Shown here: positions 47,534 to 57,656 of the stretch, one piece after another
How positions within the stretch are numbered: the first letter of the stretch is position 1
How the letters are laid out: each line of letters starts with the position of its first letter
Assembly: GCA_032128875.1 (NCBI GenBank)
Contig: JAVLKG010000001.1
Coordinates: forward strand, 768,001-832,000
Length of the DNA: 64,000 nt
Direction of reading: 5' to 3'
From: Candidatus Melainabacteria bacterium 17Bon1m
GTDB taxonomy: Bacteria; Cyanobacteriota; Vampirovibrionia; Obscuribacterales; Obscuribacteraceae
Notes under the pieces: model-generated
Database searches by the model: none
The model's input: only the letters and a program-made list of their open reading frames with translations
Told to the model about the DNA's origin: nothing
Program-made: the position numbers and the translations under genes

Positions 47534-49798
47534 TTACTTCTTGCTCACAGCGTGCTTTACAGGTTTCATCTCAAGCACTTCTGTGTACGGCAATTCTATG
47601 TTTGCCGAGCCGGAGTAATTGTACATCCTGGCGACCAGGTAGTTTTTGTAGCGAGTAAGGCTGAGTTCTCCCTGTAGAGAGGACTTTACGCGTGTCGTTT
47701 TGCCTTCAGTTGAAGAATTATCAGAACTAAGACCAGACAAAGTAAAAGTAGTTGACGCCGTTTGCCCGACGCGCAGTCCATCCACCTCGCCTTTCCAAAT
47801 CGCTCGTGTAGGCAAAGCCTCAAGCGATATTGTCCCGCTTACCGAATCACCTGCTTGTTTGAGCGAGATGTGCAGGTTGGAATTTGACTTTGCAAAGGGC
47901 GACACCCAATTGCCCGTGAATGACGCATCTTCCGACGGATCGCTCTTTTTATCGAGAAGTCGTTCGCCCCAGTTGTCTGCAATGCTAGCTTGCACTCTGG
48001 CTGCTTCCAAAAATTCTTTGTCCGCAAAATGTAAGTTTGCCAGCGATTGCAGATAGCGCTTCGCAAGCTCTTCCGGATAATTTGTTGTGTCGGAGCGCGC
48101 AGCAAACAAGTCTTCCACTCGGCGATAAAGAGATTTTGCTTTGCTGGAGTTCTCTTTGTACCCGTCGGCGTATGAATTTGCAAGCTCGCCGTTGAGCTCA
48201 AACCAATAACGATTGAGATCCGGAATTTTGTTTGCACTAAGCGCCGAAATTACATCATTTGGCTCTACCGCGTGTTTTTCACGCAAGAAACTTTCAAATA
48301 TCTCCATCGATTTGTTGAGCGAATCCTTGGCAATCGCAAAATTCTTAGTTCTGCGCTCTTCGCTGTAGTCGGGATCACAAGCCTCTTTGTCGTAAACCGC
48401 TATTCCGTATTTCAAGAGACTGACAGCGTGAGGAATTGAATTTGAATGTCGGCCAGTTGTATCAATGGCGCGTTGCGCGTAGTTCAAAGCTTTGTCGTAC
48501 TGCTGGTCTTCAATGGCTTTCTCGCTGAGCTTCCAAAGTTCACCCAGTTGAATTTTTGCGTTAGCAAATTCTGGAGTCGTGGGTGCGGGACCTTGCGTGC
48601 TAGTAGAAATCATCGTGCCACAAACCAGCATTGAAAGCCCAATAGCAGTAGTGATTGCAATTCCTGTGGCGCTGAAGCGAGACTTTTCTTTTACTGGTTC
48701 TGTCTTGCGTGCTTCAGGTTCGAATTCCAGGTCGCTCGGAAGGTCCTCCCAATTGGTGAGTTTTGCCAGATCTTTGCCGAGTTCGCGCGCTGTGTGATAT
48801 CGCGCTTCCGGCAATTTCATCAATGTCGTTTCAATTGTCGATGCCAAAATTTCTGCCGGCTTCAGTTTTGGATGATTAGCATTGACGCGGGGCGCGGGCT
48901 CGTGGATGTGTTTGTACAGAGTATCGAGGGCGGTTTCACCTCTAAATGGCACACTGCCTGTGATGGCTTCGAACATCACGCAGCCGAGCGAATAAATATC
49001 ACTTCGCGTGTCAATCGGCAGCGAGCGGCATTGTTCTGGACTCATGTAAAACGGGCTGCCTATGACCTGTCCGGTATGGGTAAGGTGCAAGGAAGTCGAA
49101 TCGATGTCTGCAAGAGACTTTGCAATACCGAAATCCAACAACTTCACACCGAGCTTATCTTTTGCATCGGTATACAGCATGATGTTGCTTGGTTTGATGT
49201 CGCGGTGAACGACACCACGCCTGTGTGCGTGAGCAAGACCTTTTGCTACTTGGACGAAGATATCAGCGAATTCATTCAGTGAGAGCTTCGCTTTTTTCTT
49301 CAGCAGTTGCGCGAGCGTTTGACCACGCATGTACTCCATAACAATGTACGGACGACCGTCATCAGTCACTCCTGAGTCGTAAACTGCAGCAAGATTTTCG
49401 TGCGCCATTGATGACGCAGCGGCAACCTCTTGTTGAAACCGCTCCAAGACGCTATCCATATTCGCCAGGTCGCGGTCTAAAACTTTCACAGCAACGTCGC
49501 GGTTTTCTTTCAAATCCCGAGCCTTGTAAACGACTGCCATGCCGCCTTGCCCGGCAACGCCTAAAAGTTCATAGCGCTTGTTTATAACAGCAAAGGTCAA
49601 GGCATCTGCCGACTTCGCTTTGCTTACTTTGTTTTGTTTGCGACCCTTCTCCAGCAGCAATGTCTCTGCCGCCACGTTAATATCGAGATCCTCGTCTTCA
49701 TCCTCTTCTTCCGCCGTGGTGCCTGCGATACTGCCCGACACCAAAATGTCGACCTTATTGGTCGTCTCGTCTGCAAGTTTGGATTCTCGCTTAATCAA
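47534..49798 (-). CDS. Transmembrane Ser/Thr protein kinase (Hanks type) with an extracytoplasmic TPR-like domain
   Basis: GQGGMAVVYKA, VAVKVL, HRDIKPSN, DFGIAK, YMSPEQ, DIYSLG; TM at about aa 378-398; start uncertain. Confidence 0.93.
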   Translation of the reverse strand: MIKRESKLADETTNKVDILVSGSIAGTTAEEEDEDEDLDINVAAETLLLEKGRKQNKVSKAKSADALTFAVINKRYELLGVAGQGGMAVVYKARDLKENRDVAVKVLDRDLANMDSVLERFQQEVAAASSMAHENLAAVYDSGVTDDGRPYIVMEYMRGQTLAQLLKKKAKLSLNEFADIFVQVAKGLAHAHRRGVVHRDIKPSNIMLYTDAKDKLGVKLLDFGIAKSLADIDSTSLHLTHTGQVIGSPFYMSPEQCRSLPIDTRSDIYSLGCVMFEAITGSVPFRGETALDTLYKHIHEPAPRVNANHPKLKPAEILASTIETTLMKLPEARYHTARELGKDLAKLTNWEDLPSDLEFEPEARKTEPVKEKSRFSATGIAITTAIGLSMLVCGTMISTSTQGPAPTTPEFANAKIQLGELWKLSEKAIEDQQYDKALNYAQRAIDTTGRHSNSIPHAVSLLKYGIAVYDKEACDPDYSEERRTKNFAIAKDSLNKSMEIFESFLREKHAVEPNDVISALSANKIPDLNRYWFELNGELANSYADGYKENSSKAKSLYRRVEDLFAARSDTTNYPEELAKRYLQSLANLHFADKEFLEAARVQASIADNWGERLLDKKSDPSEDASFTGNWVSPFAKSNSNLHISLKQAGDSVSGTISLEALPTRAIWKGEVDGLRVGQTASTTFTLSGLSSDNSSTEGKTTRVKSSLQGELSLTRYKNYLVARMYNYSGSANIELPYTEVLEMKPVKHAVSKK

Positions 49799-50167
49799 GA
49801 AAGCCCCATCATTTTAGGCGTATGGGTGGCATTGTCGGTGTTGAAGCCGGTTTTGTCCGGTATGGTCCAATCAATTCCAGAACTGTTTTCCTGAACTACT
49901 GCTTTAGCTTTAGCTACTGTATCAAAGTAATAGAGCCAGTCCTTCAGGAGGACAACTGGGTTGGACCTGGGATTTACCCCAGTTCGCTCGGCCGACTGGT
50001 AGAGCATAATGGCGCTCAAAGGGCTTGCTGTACTCGCAGAAGCGTAGGGCAGTACCCTAAGAAGATACCCAGTCCAAGGATTAAATCCACGGCGCAAGCC
50101 ATTGCTGCGTCTGTTTTGTTGTGCCTGATGTTATTCGAATAGCTTAAAACCTCCGCCGAGACCAAAT

Positions 50168-51451
50168 ATGCAGAACGTCGTTAATAATAAGCCTCAGCAA
50201 GAAACGCCCATTGTGCGAGCCCGCTACGAATTTCTTAAAAATGAAATCGCGCGCTGGCAAGAAGAGAACATCCTAAATCGCGCGCAGGGCGACGAGATCA
50301 TGGCTCGCTATTCAATAGATGGTGGGCTTCAGCACGGCTTGACGGTACTGCTTATTACAGGCGCCTGCGTGGTTGGCTGTGCAATCTTGCTATTCATATC
50401 GTCGAACTGGCAGGGTGTTAATTACCAGGCAAAAGGCGCTGCCGTAATGCTGGCTATGATTACGTGCTACATCGCCGGTTGGAAGTTAAAAGGCAAATCG
50501 CAGCTTAAAAACCTATTGGCTGAAACGTTGATTTTTCTCGGTTGCATGCTTTTCGGTGGCGGCGCAAACCTTGTGGCACAACACTTTCAAGTCACCGGGC
50601 GGCAGCCTGAACTTCTGCTCTGGGCGATGGGAATTGCACCGCTGGTAATCATCTTCCGGTCTCAACCGGCGGCAATTTTGATGGCTATTATCGTCTCATA
50701 TAGAGCTGTTTCTTTCACGACCAGTCCGTTTGATTGGTTTACGCTACTCGCGGCGGCCAGCTCATTTTTCTGCACTTATTATGTGCGCAGCCCGTGGGCC
50801 TTATTCTTCAATTTGGGTTCGCTCGCCGCAATTGTTTCTGTCGCAAGACCAAGAATCGATGAGTATGCACTGCTCTTCTACGGCATCTCTTGCTTCACCA
50901 TGCACCTATGGCATCAGCACAGCAAACGCTGGCAGATGATGTCGCTGACTTATCTTCTGGTTTCATTTGTTCTTGTTCTTTTGTCCGGAATCGGCATTAT
51001 GAACGAATATTCGTCCAGTTCCGTAACTACGATTCAACGAATTCAAATTTATGCAATCGCTTCTCTAGCGTTGCTTGCTTGCCTGGTGAAATCTCCCGCT
51101 GGTAAAACTCGCTGGGCGTTTCTTACGGGGCTGAGCGTAATTGGCGCGGTAATTCTTTCATGCAACAGTTTGAATGGAAATGCCAGGACGGAAGCGCTTT
51201 TCGCCTTCTTTTCGGCAAATCTCTTTTATCTTTTTTACTTCACATCATCGATCGAGAACCGCATCATCCAGTTTATTCCGGTTGCGACCCTTACTATGTT
51301 CGCCTTTACTTGCTTTGCAGCAGCACCCGGGGGAGCCATGACTGGCTCGTTAATTGCGTTTGGAGTGGGCCTCGTCTTGATGATTTGCTCGTTAGCAGCA
51401 CTCGGACGTTCATTCAGTACGAGGGCTAAATCCGAGCGGAATCTCAACTAG
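50168..51451 (+). CDS. DUF2157-family membrane protein
   Basis: EIARWQEENIL, ILLFISSNW, LVAQHFQ..LLLWA; paired with a GDYXXLXY gene. Confidence 0.85.
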   Translation: MQNVVNNKPQQETPIVRARYEFLKNEIARWQEENILNRAQGDEIMARYSIDGGLQHGLTVLLITGACVVGCAILLFISSNWQGVNYQAKGAAVMLAMITCYIAGWKLKGKSQLKNLLAETLIFLGCMLFGGGANLVAQHFQVTGRQPELLLWAMGIAPLVIIFRSQPAAILMAIIVSYRAVSFTTSPFDWFTLLAAASSFFCTYYVRSPWALFFNLGSLAAIVSVARPRIDEYALLFYGISCFTMHLWHQHSKRWQMMSLTYLLVSFVLVLLSGIGIMNEYSSSSVTTIQRIQIYAIASLALLACLVKSPAGKTRWAFLTGLSVIGAVILSCNSLNGNARTEALFAFFSANLFYLFYFTSSIENRIIQFIPVATLTMFAFTCFAAAPGGAMTGSLIAFGVGLVLMICSLAALGRSFSTRAKSERNLN

Positions 51452-51473
51452 AAAACACACGAGGAAAGTAAAA

Positions 51474-52088
51474 ATGACATTGACGAAACCTAAGGAAACC
51501 AATCATTCGAGCGCAATTCCGCGCAATGAAGCAATTGCCGTACCGGAAACATCTCCGCCATTGTCGCGCAATAGCATGGGTGTAAAACTATTCGCACTCG
51601 TGATTGCGGCGCAAGTCGGCACACTTTTCGCCTTCGGGGTGCCATACGCGCAAACGCTTGCATTTGGAAAGAATGTCCTTCTTAAGTGCCACACGTATGA
51701 CCCGCGCGACCCGTTTAAAGGAGACTATGTTTCCGTCACCTACGATCTCGGACAAAAAGTGAAATTCAAAGATTTCAAGCCAGGTGACACAGCCTTTCTC
51801 ACTTTGAAGAAAGGCGCTACATGCTGGGAGCCAATCGAAGCGAATAAGGAAAAACCCAAGAATCTGAAAAACGACGAAGCCGTGATGAAAGTAATATACG
51901 AAGCGGGGCAGGGAGCGGAAGCTTCGGTCACCACTGGAATCGAGAAATTCTACGTTCCTGAAGGTGCCGGTGCGTCAGTGAATTCGGAAGGCTTGACTGC
52001 TGAAGTCGCTCTTTCTGACGACGGTGAACCTGTCTTGAGGCGCATGCTGTCCGACGGCAAGGAGATAGGAAAGGAGGTCGGCAAGTAG
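51474..52088 (+). CDS. GDYXXLXY-domain protein
   Basis: YDPRDPFKGDYVSVTY and GIEKFYVPEG motifs; N-terminal TM. Confidence 0.9.
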   Translation: MTLTKPKETNHSSAIPRNEAIAVPETSPPLSRNSMGVKLFALVIAAQVGTLFAFGVPYAQTLAFGKNVLLKCHTYDPRDPFKGDYVSVTYDLGQKVKFKDFKPGDTAFLTLKKGATCWEPIEANKEKPKNLKNDEAVMKVIYEAGQGAEASVTTGIEKFYVPEGAGASVNSEGLTAEVALSDDGEPVLRRMLSDGKEIGKEVGK

Positions 52089-52090
52089 AT

Positions 52091-52157
52091 CTGGAAATAG
52101 ATATGGACTAGAGCTGGAACTGGATCTGGAACTAGGTCTGGAACTAGATTTGGAAAC
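52091..52157 (+). repeat. 12-bp degenerate tandem repeat after a stop codon
   Basis: About five CTGGAACTAGAT-like units. Confidence 0.75.
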
Positions 52158-52359
52158 AGTTCTGCAATTCGACACGTTTTGAATTTTAAATGAGACAGCA
52201 GGGAAAGCCGAGCGCTTTTCCTGCTTGCTTTAAAGGCTTCATAGAGCGCTGTTGTATATACCGGCGTCGCAGTGGATTGATCTGAGGTGTCTATCATGTG
52301 CTGCTCGCTTCTGATCCACTAATATTGATTGCACTAAAGTGCTTGAGGAGAAGCTGGTG

Positions 52360-53145
52360 ATGCAAAGACAAACCCTTTCTGTTGCGGTCCTCGCCTTACT
52401 TGTCGGTACTCTGCAACTGTCAGGAACCGCCTCGTACGCTCAGAAGTATGTGCAAGGAAGCATCGAGCACAAGGAAAAGGTTGGCCCCGTCAACAGCAAG
52501 TATCTGCCTGGTTCTGTCTGGAAGGAAGGGGAGAAGGACGGCTCCAGGAGTACCTGGATAAGAATACCTGAATGGCTTGCTGGCACATGGTTTGCGGATG
52601 TGGAAACAGCGACTTCCCGTCAGGATTTGGTGACACATAAGGAGTCCGGGCACACTCCCTTCAATTTCAAAGCGAAGAGTCGATTTGCATACGGCACACA
52701 AATGGATGGTCGCGGCGGCATTTGGCACTTCCTTAAACTGCCCTACACCTCATCGACTGACTTTCCTGAATTTGTCGAGTATCACCAGGTTTTGACGAAG
52801 GACTTCACCAACCAGAGCGAACAAGCTGTTTCATTTCGCAGCATGGTTGCGGCTGCTCGCGTACAGCGTCAATCCAAAGAGATTGTTGAAGCATTCCAGC
52901 AAGAGAGCGTGACTAATTACGAGCCGATAGAAGAAGGCGTCATTAAGATGATCGCTTCGACTCGTCGCTATGATGAAACCGGAAAACCGCTTATGCAGGC
53001 TGACAACGAAGCGCGCATACATCGCGTCGAAAAGTTTACTCCAATTGCAAAAGAAGGCAATTTGGATATGAAGCAGTCACTCTATGATTTCTTGCGCAAT
53101 CGCAAAATGGAATACTTGATTCCGCACGACGCGAAGATCAACTAG
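52360..53145 (+). CDS. Secreted hypothetical protein
   Basis: GAGGAG RBS; signal peptide ending SYA; WIRIPEWLAGTW motif. Confidence 0.75.
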   Translation: MQRQTLSVAVLALLVGTLQLSGTASYAQKYVQGSIEHKEKVGPVNSKYLPGSVWKEGEKDGSRSTWIRIPEWLAGTWFADVETATSRQDLVTHKESGHTPFNFKAKSRFAYGTQMDGRGGIWHFLKLPYTSSTDFPEFVEYHQVLTKDFTNQSEQAVSFRSMVAAARVQRQSKEIVEAFQQESVTNYEPIEEGVIKMIASTRRYDETGKPLMQADNEARIHRVEKFTPIAKEGNLDMKQSLYDFLRNRKMEYLIPHDAKIN

Positions 53146-53741
53146 TCCTTAAGAGCTTTCTCGTCGGTTATAACACGGGCGAAAAGATCTGAGAGGGCAG
53201 CCATCGTGGCATCATGGACGGTGCCTGCTGGAATGACGTCGCTGTTTTGCAAAGTTGGTAAATCTCTCGTCGCGCATGCGTTTGCAATCACAGTTGTGTG
53301 ATATCCGTAGTTGAGCGCAGAGCGCACTGTTGCACTGATGCACGCATGTGTCATAAAACCTACGACGACTAAATCTTTCTTGCCGGAAGCTTTTATTCGT
53401 TCGTCCAGATCTGTTCCTGCAAAAGAATCTGGCAAATTCTTTTTGATTATTGGCTCTGTTCCAATCGGTTTGACCTCATCGATTATGTCCACGAATTTGT
53501 CGTCAGGATTGAAGAGTGGTGCACCTTTTGGCGAAAAGTGCTGCACATGAATAATGTTGGTGCCGAGACTGCGAGCACGATAGAGAATATGCGAAATTTG
53601 GTCTAGAGCCTTCTCGATTCCAGTCAACGGCAGATTACCGTCAAGATATTCTCTTTGCGCGTCTACGACGACCAGAGAGCTGTCTGCGAGGCTCTGATTC
53701 TCATTGTTCAAGTTGAGCAGCTTTCTGAATGTTGTCGCCAT
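53142..53741 (-). CDS. Isochorismatase-family cysteine hydrolase
   Basis: VVVDAQREY, IKKNLPDSFAGTDL, GFMTHACISAT, ACATRDL. Confidence 0.92.
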   Translation of the reverse strand: MATTFRKLLNLNNENQSLADSSLVVVDAQREYLDGNLPLTGIEKALDQISHILYRARSLGTNIIHVQHFSPKGAPLFNPDDKFVDIIDEVKPIGTEPIIKKNLPDSFAGTDLDERIKASGKKDLVVVGFMTHACISATVRSALNYGYHTTVIANACATRDLPTLQNSDVIPAGTVHDATMAALSDLFARVITDEKALKD

Positions 53742-53870
53742 GTAGAGGATCTCCTGTTTCGCAGAAAAACAAAAAGTGCAACCATATATGGTGCACTTTC
53801 ACACTTTTGTATCCAATAATTCTACAAGAATATAAGTGGTTCTGAAATTCGAGTTCAAAAAAGAAATTGA

Positions 53871-54716
53871 CTATGACGTTCTGTCGCCCGTTTTTTCCTT
53901 TTCTTTCTCTTTTTTCTTCTTCGGTTTTTCGCCTTTTTCGCTCTTGTCGTCTTTTTCGTCACTATCCACTTTGGCGCAGTATTTCACGGCGAGGATAGTC
54001 ACATTGTCGGGCGCTCCACCATCCAGGGTCGACTTCAGGAGTGCTTCGCAAATCTCCTCCGGGGTGTTCGAACCTTTCATCTCTTCGAAAATCTGCTCTT
54101 CGTCAAGCACCGCTGAAAGCCCGTCACTAGAAAGGATAATCAAGTCGTCAGGGTGAAGCTCAACCGGTGTACGGTCGATTTCGACCTTGCCAGAATGTCC
54201 GACGCAACGGGTCAAATAGTGTCTGAAAGGACTGTTCTTGAACTGCTCTGGAGTGAGCTGCCCTTTGAGTACCATCTCCATAACAACCGAATGGTCCTGG
54301 GTGAGGACGATGGTTTTGCCGTCGCGGATTAGATAAGCGCGGGAATCGCCCACGTGTGCAATTTGCAGCGTGTTGGCTTCGGTCTGAACGCCGGCAACGA
54401 TTGTCGTGCCCATGTTTTGGACTGATTCGTCTTGCGAGGCTGCGGTGAAAACACTCTGATTGGCGCTGGCAACGGCATCTACGAGCCATTGCTGCACGGC
54501 TTCGTGATCGGTGAAATCGGGCGGATTCTCCTTCCACTGTGCTTCTACAGCATCGACCGCCAGTTTGCTGGCTCGAGCTCCGCCCTTAAGTCCGCCCATT
54601 CCGTCGGCTACGACAAAAACCCTCTGATCAGGGCTTATGAAGTAATTGTCTTGGTTTTCCGAGCGATGTAGCCCGCGGTCGGTCACTGCCGCTACGCTCC
54701 ATGCCAACTTTGTCAT
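53871..54716 (-). CDS. PP2C-family Ser/Thr phosphatase (Stp1/PrpC-like)
   Basis: TDRGLHRSENQD, VADGMGG, MGTT, HVGDSRAY, TQDHS, SSDGL, GAPDNVT. Confidence 0.95.
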   Translation of the reverse strand: MTKLAWSVAAVTDRGLHRSENQDNYFISPDQRVFVVADGMGGLKGGARASKLAVDAVEAQWKENPPDFTDHEAVQQWLVDAVASANQSVFTAASQDESVQNMGTTIVAGVQTEANTLQIAHVGDSRAYLIRDGKTIVLTQDHSVVMEMVLKGQLTPEQFKNSPFRHYLTRCVGHSGKVEIDRTPVELHPDDLIILSSDGLSAVLDEEQIFEEMKGSNTPEEICEALLKSTLDGGAPDNVTILAVKYCAKVDSDEKDDKSEKGEKPKKKKEKEKEKTGDRTS

Positions 54717-54816
54717 CAACCAACTCCCGGCGAGTTCTAGATGGACGTCCGCCCAAAACGCCTTTTTACGTTTATTCCCAGAAATAATACAAAAACACTG
54801 AACTTCCTACGCCTTT

Positions 54817-56055
54817 TCATCGGCTTTCAGTAGCTGATAAAAATAGCGCTCTGCGACTAATTTCACCTTTGAAAAACCTAGGAAATGTCTCGATGTAAAT
54901 CTTGGAATTGTTGTATCTACCTGACTCCATAAGTTTTCTCCCCAAGACTTCCAGGCTGCTTACCTCGGGGAAAGTTGGGATCCCCAACTCCTCCAACGCC
55001 CATCGCTCCGCAATTAGGGTAGGCTCATTCACATTCGATATATCGACGGCCTGCCGAATTGCTGATGGAAGCTTGGCTTCATCCGCGGGGTCGACAATCA
55101 CCCGCAGAACCGGCACATTTCCGGAGTACAGTGCTGCCGAAAGGTAATTTGGCCAATATCCAAAGAAATTTAGTATCGGCAAGAAGAGGAAAAGGGTAAT
55201 AGCCAGCGCTTTTTGCAGAGAGTCTGGTTTGAAAAGACCGATAAGACTTGCTTGCTTCGAACGGATGAAAAGCAGGTAGACGAGCAACATCATCGAGACA
55301 TTCCAGGGCCAAACGACTGCATTCCAACCCTGTTGCGTAATCGACCACAGGGTGATTGCATGAAAGAAAATTGCCAGATATGCGCCAGTTGTGCGCGTGG
55401 GACCAAATGCTAGCAGCAATGCCAGTGCAGCTTCGAGGATTGCAACAGGAATGCCAATGCAAAAGCACACTTCAGAAGGCAGCGCAGTTATGAACTTGGG
55501 CATCATCGATGGCACGACAACCTGGCTGAAAGTAACATTCAACTTTTGCAGTCCAGCGAATAAGTAAGTGCCGAGAATGCATACCCTGAGCGCGTTTAGC
55601 ACACTTTGGCATTTTCTATCGGTCAAATGTATTGGCGAAGCAACAATGACGAGCATTATCGAGAAGAGGTAAAACCAGGGCTGCAACCTGGTTTGGTCGA
55701 GGGCGATCGATGCGGATGCGCATAGCACATAGGCACTTGCAAGCAGTTTTTTGTGTTTTGAGAAATTGAACCCCAATAGTGCAATTAGCATCATTCCGTA
55801 TATAAGCGGCTCGAGTGGCTCTGCAACGGACAGGCTATCTAGTATGGGTAGGTGTGGATATGTTCTGTTCTGGAGAACCCAACCTCTTTGCGCAACTAAT
55901 AAAGAGGAGATTAGTGATGCGCTAAGCAAGCCCGAACACAGCGCCAGAATGTCGAAATTCGCGTCATCGTTATTGTCCGCACCTGTGGCGCTTTCCGTAT
56001 CGATAGCGTTGATTGCGTTGTTGAAATCTGAATTCTGCTCGAAGGGTTCTTGCAA
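54817..56055 (-). CDS. Multipass membrane protein (HTTM/DoxX-like)
   Basis: Many TM helices; DQTRLQPW, YLFAGLQKLN, VWPWN, YLSAALYSGN. Confidence 0.7.
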   Translation of the reverse strand: MQEPFEQNSDFNNAINAIDTESATGADNNDDANFDILALCSGLLSASLISSLLVAQRGWVLQNRTYPHLPILDSLSVAEPLEPLIYGMMLIALLGFNFSKHKKLLASAYVLCASASIALDQTRLQPWFYLFSIMLVIVASPIHLTDRKCQSVLNALRVCILGTYLFAGLQKLNVTFSQVVVPSMMPKFITALPSEVCFCIGIPVAILEAALALLLAFGPTRTTGAYLAIFFHAITLWSITQQGWNAVVWPWNVSMMLLVYLLFIRSKQASLIGLFKPDSLQKALAITLFLFLPILNFFGYWPNYLSAALYSGNVPVLRVIVDPADEAKLPSAIRQAVDISNVNEPTLIAERWALEELGIPTFPEVSSLEVLGRKLMESGRYNNSKIYIETFPRFFKGEISRRALFLSATESR

Positions 56056-56279
56056 CCAAGCACCATCAAATTGTTGTAAGTATCACAACGGACATAGTGG
56101 CAGTCATCTCAGCATGAGGAAAGTTTAGCCGAGCAAATTTCGTGACTGTGTCTGGATCATTAGTCTTCACTCGGGAACATAGTTGGATTTTGAACGACAA
56201 TCAGTAAAGTTGGGCAACGACCGATTGATCCCAGCTTATATAATGACCGCTAAAATGATTGAATACAAATCGAAAGCAA

Positions 56280-57653
56280 ATGAGCAAAGCGCCTGCGTTT
56301 GAGAGAGAGAAGAGTGTGGATTCCGGAAGCGGCGCTCCCATTGGTGTAAAACACGGTCGGGCAACCAAAGGCGAAATCGCCGCTTGGGCAGCCTATGACA
56401 TTGCCAATGCGACCTACGGCACTGTGGTCGCAACTGCCGTTTACAACGCCTACTTCGTAGATGTCATTTGTGGACAGGCTCCTGGCGGAAAAGAGCTGGG
56501 GACCTTCTTGTTGTCCGTCATCATTATTCCTGTTTCGGCCCTGGCAATAGTTTTAACAGCACCTGTGCTCGGGACCATCGTCGATGCGATGGCTGCAAAG
56601 AAACGCATGCTCTTCGTGACGACTACTCTCTGCATTCTTTGCACTGCGACTTTGAGCATGATTCCGCCGGGCGAGCCATGGGCAGCAGTGATTGCTCTGA
56701 CTCTGGCCAATTTCTTTTTTGGAACCGGTGAAGACTTAATCGCTTCATTCTTGCCTGAGTTGTCGACTCAGGAAAACATGGGACGAATTTCCTCGATCGG
56801 CTGGGGCGCTGGTTATGTCGGCAGTCTCATCGCTCTTGGTTTGTGCTTTGCTTACTTCTCGTGGGCGAAGGCGCAGGGCATGCAGCAAACAGAATACGTC
56901 CCCTTCGCAATGCTTATTTGTGCAATTCTATTTTTCGTCTTCTCCCTGCCGACTTTCATTTTCCTAAAGGAAAGAGCGACACCGGAAGTTGATGGTATCG
57001 GGAAAAACTATTTCAAGGTTGGTTTTGAGCGTTTGCGTCACACGTTCAACCATGCAAAACACTACAGAGATCTCTTCAACTTCCTGCTCACGCTCTGCGT
57101 TTATAGCTGTGGCAGCACTGCGGTTATCCATTTGGCGTCCGTCTATGCTCAGCAAGTTTTGCACTTCACTGCGTCTGATTCTGTAATCATGATTTTGGTT
57201 GTTAGTATCACAGCGGCTATTGGCGCTGGTTTGTTCGGCATGGTGCAGGATCGTATCGGTGCAATCAAGACACTTGCAATTACATTGAGCATTTGGACTG
57301 TGGCGGTTTTCATTGCCTGTATGGCGACCGAGAAGGCACACCTCTGGATTGCCGCCAACTTTGTTGGCATCGCGATGGGTGCAACAGGCTCGGCTGGGCG
57401 CGCGCTAGTCGGACAATTTTCACCACGCGGACGCTCCGGCGAATTTCTTGGACTGTGGGGCATGGCGCACAAGCTGGCCACATGCATCGGCGCTGTCACA
57501 TTTGGTGCTGTGACGCATCTGAGCGGCAATAACTACCGAGTCGCGCTTCTTTCTTGTGGCGTGTTCTTCATCGCTGGATTGCTGTTGCTCTGGCGCGTTG
57601 ATGAAAAACGCGGTCGGCTGGCAGCTAAGACAGACGCGGATTTGCCTGTTTAG
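56280..57653 (+). CDS. MFS transporter, UMF1/ATG22-like family
   Basis: AWAAYDIAN, GRISSIGWGAGYVG, GRSGEFLGLW; about 12 TM helices. Confidence 0.9.
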   Translation: MSKAPAFEREKSVDSGSGAPIGVKHGRATKGEIAAWAAYDIANATYGTVVATAVYNAYFVDVICGQAPGGKELGTFLLSVIIIPVSALAIVLTAPVLGTIVDAMAAKKRMLFVTTTLCILCTATLSMIPPGEPWAAVIALTLANFFFGTGEDLIASFLPELSTQENMGRISSIGWGAGYVGSLIALGLCFAYFSWAKAQGMQQTEYVPFAMLICAILFFVFSLPTFIFLKERATPEVDGIGKNYFKVGFERLRHTFNHAKHYRDLFNFLLTLCVYSCGSTAVIHLASVYAQQVLHFTASDSVIMILVVSITAAIGAGLFGMVQDRIGAIKTLAITLSIWTVAVFIACMATEKAHLWIAANFVGIAMGATGSAGRALVGQFSPRGRSGEFLGLWGMAHKLATCIGAVTFGAVTHLSGNNYRVALLSCGVFFIAGLLLLWRVDEKRGRLAAKTDADLPV

Positions 57654-57656
57654 AAA

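Noticed and set aside
49795-50097. 100-aa ORF whose stop overlaps the kinase TTG start (possible coupled gene or frameshifted N-terminus)
   Set aside because: Weak TTG start, no RBS or motif; not supportable from sequence alone
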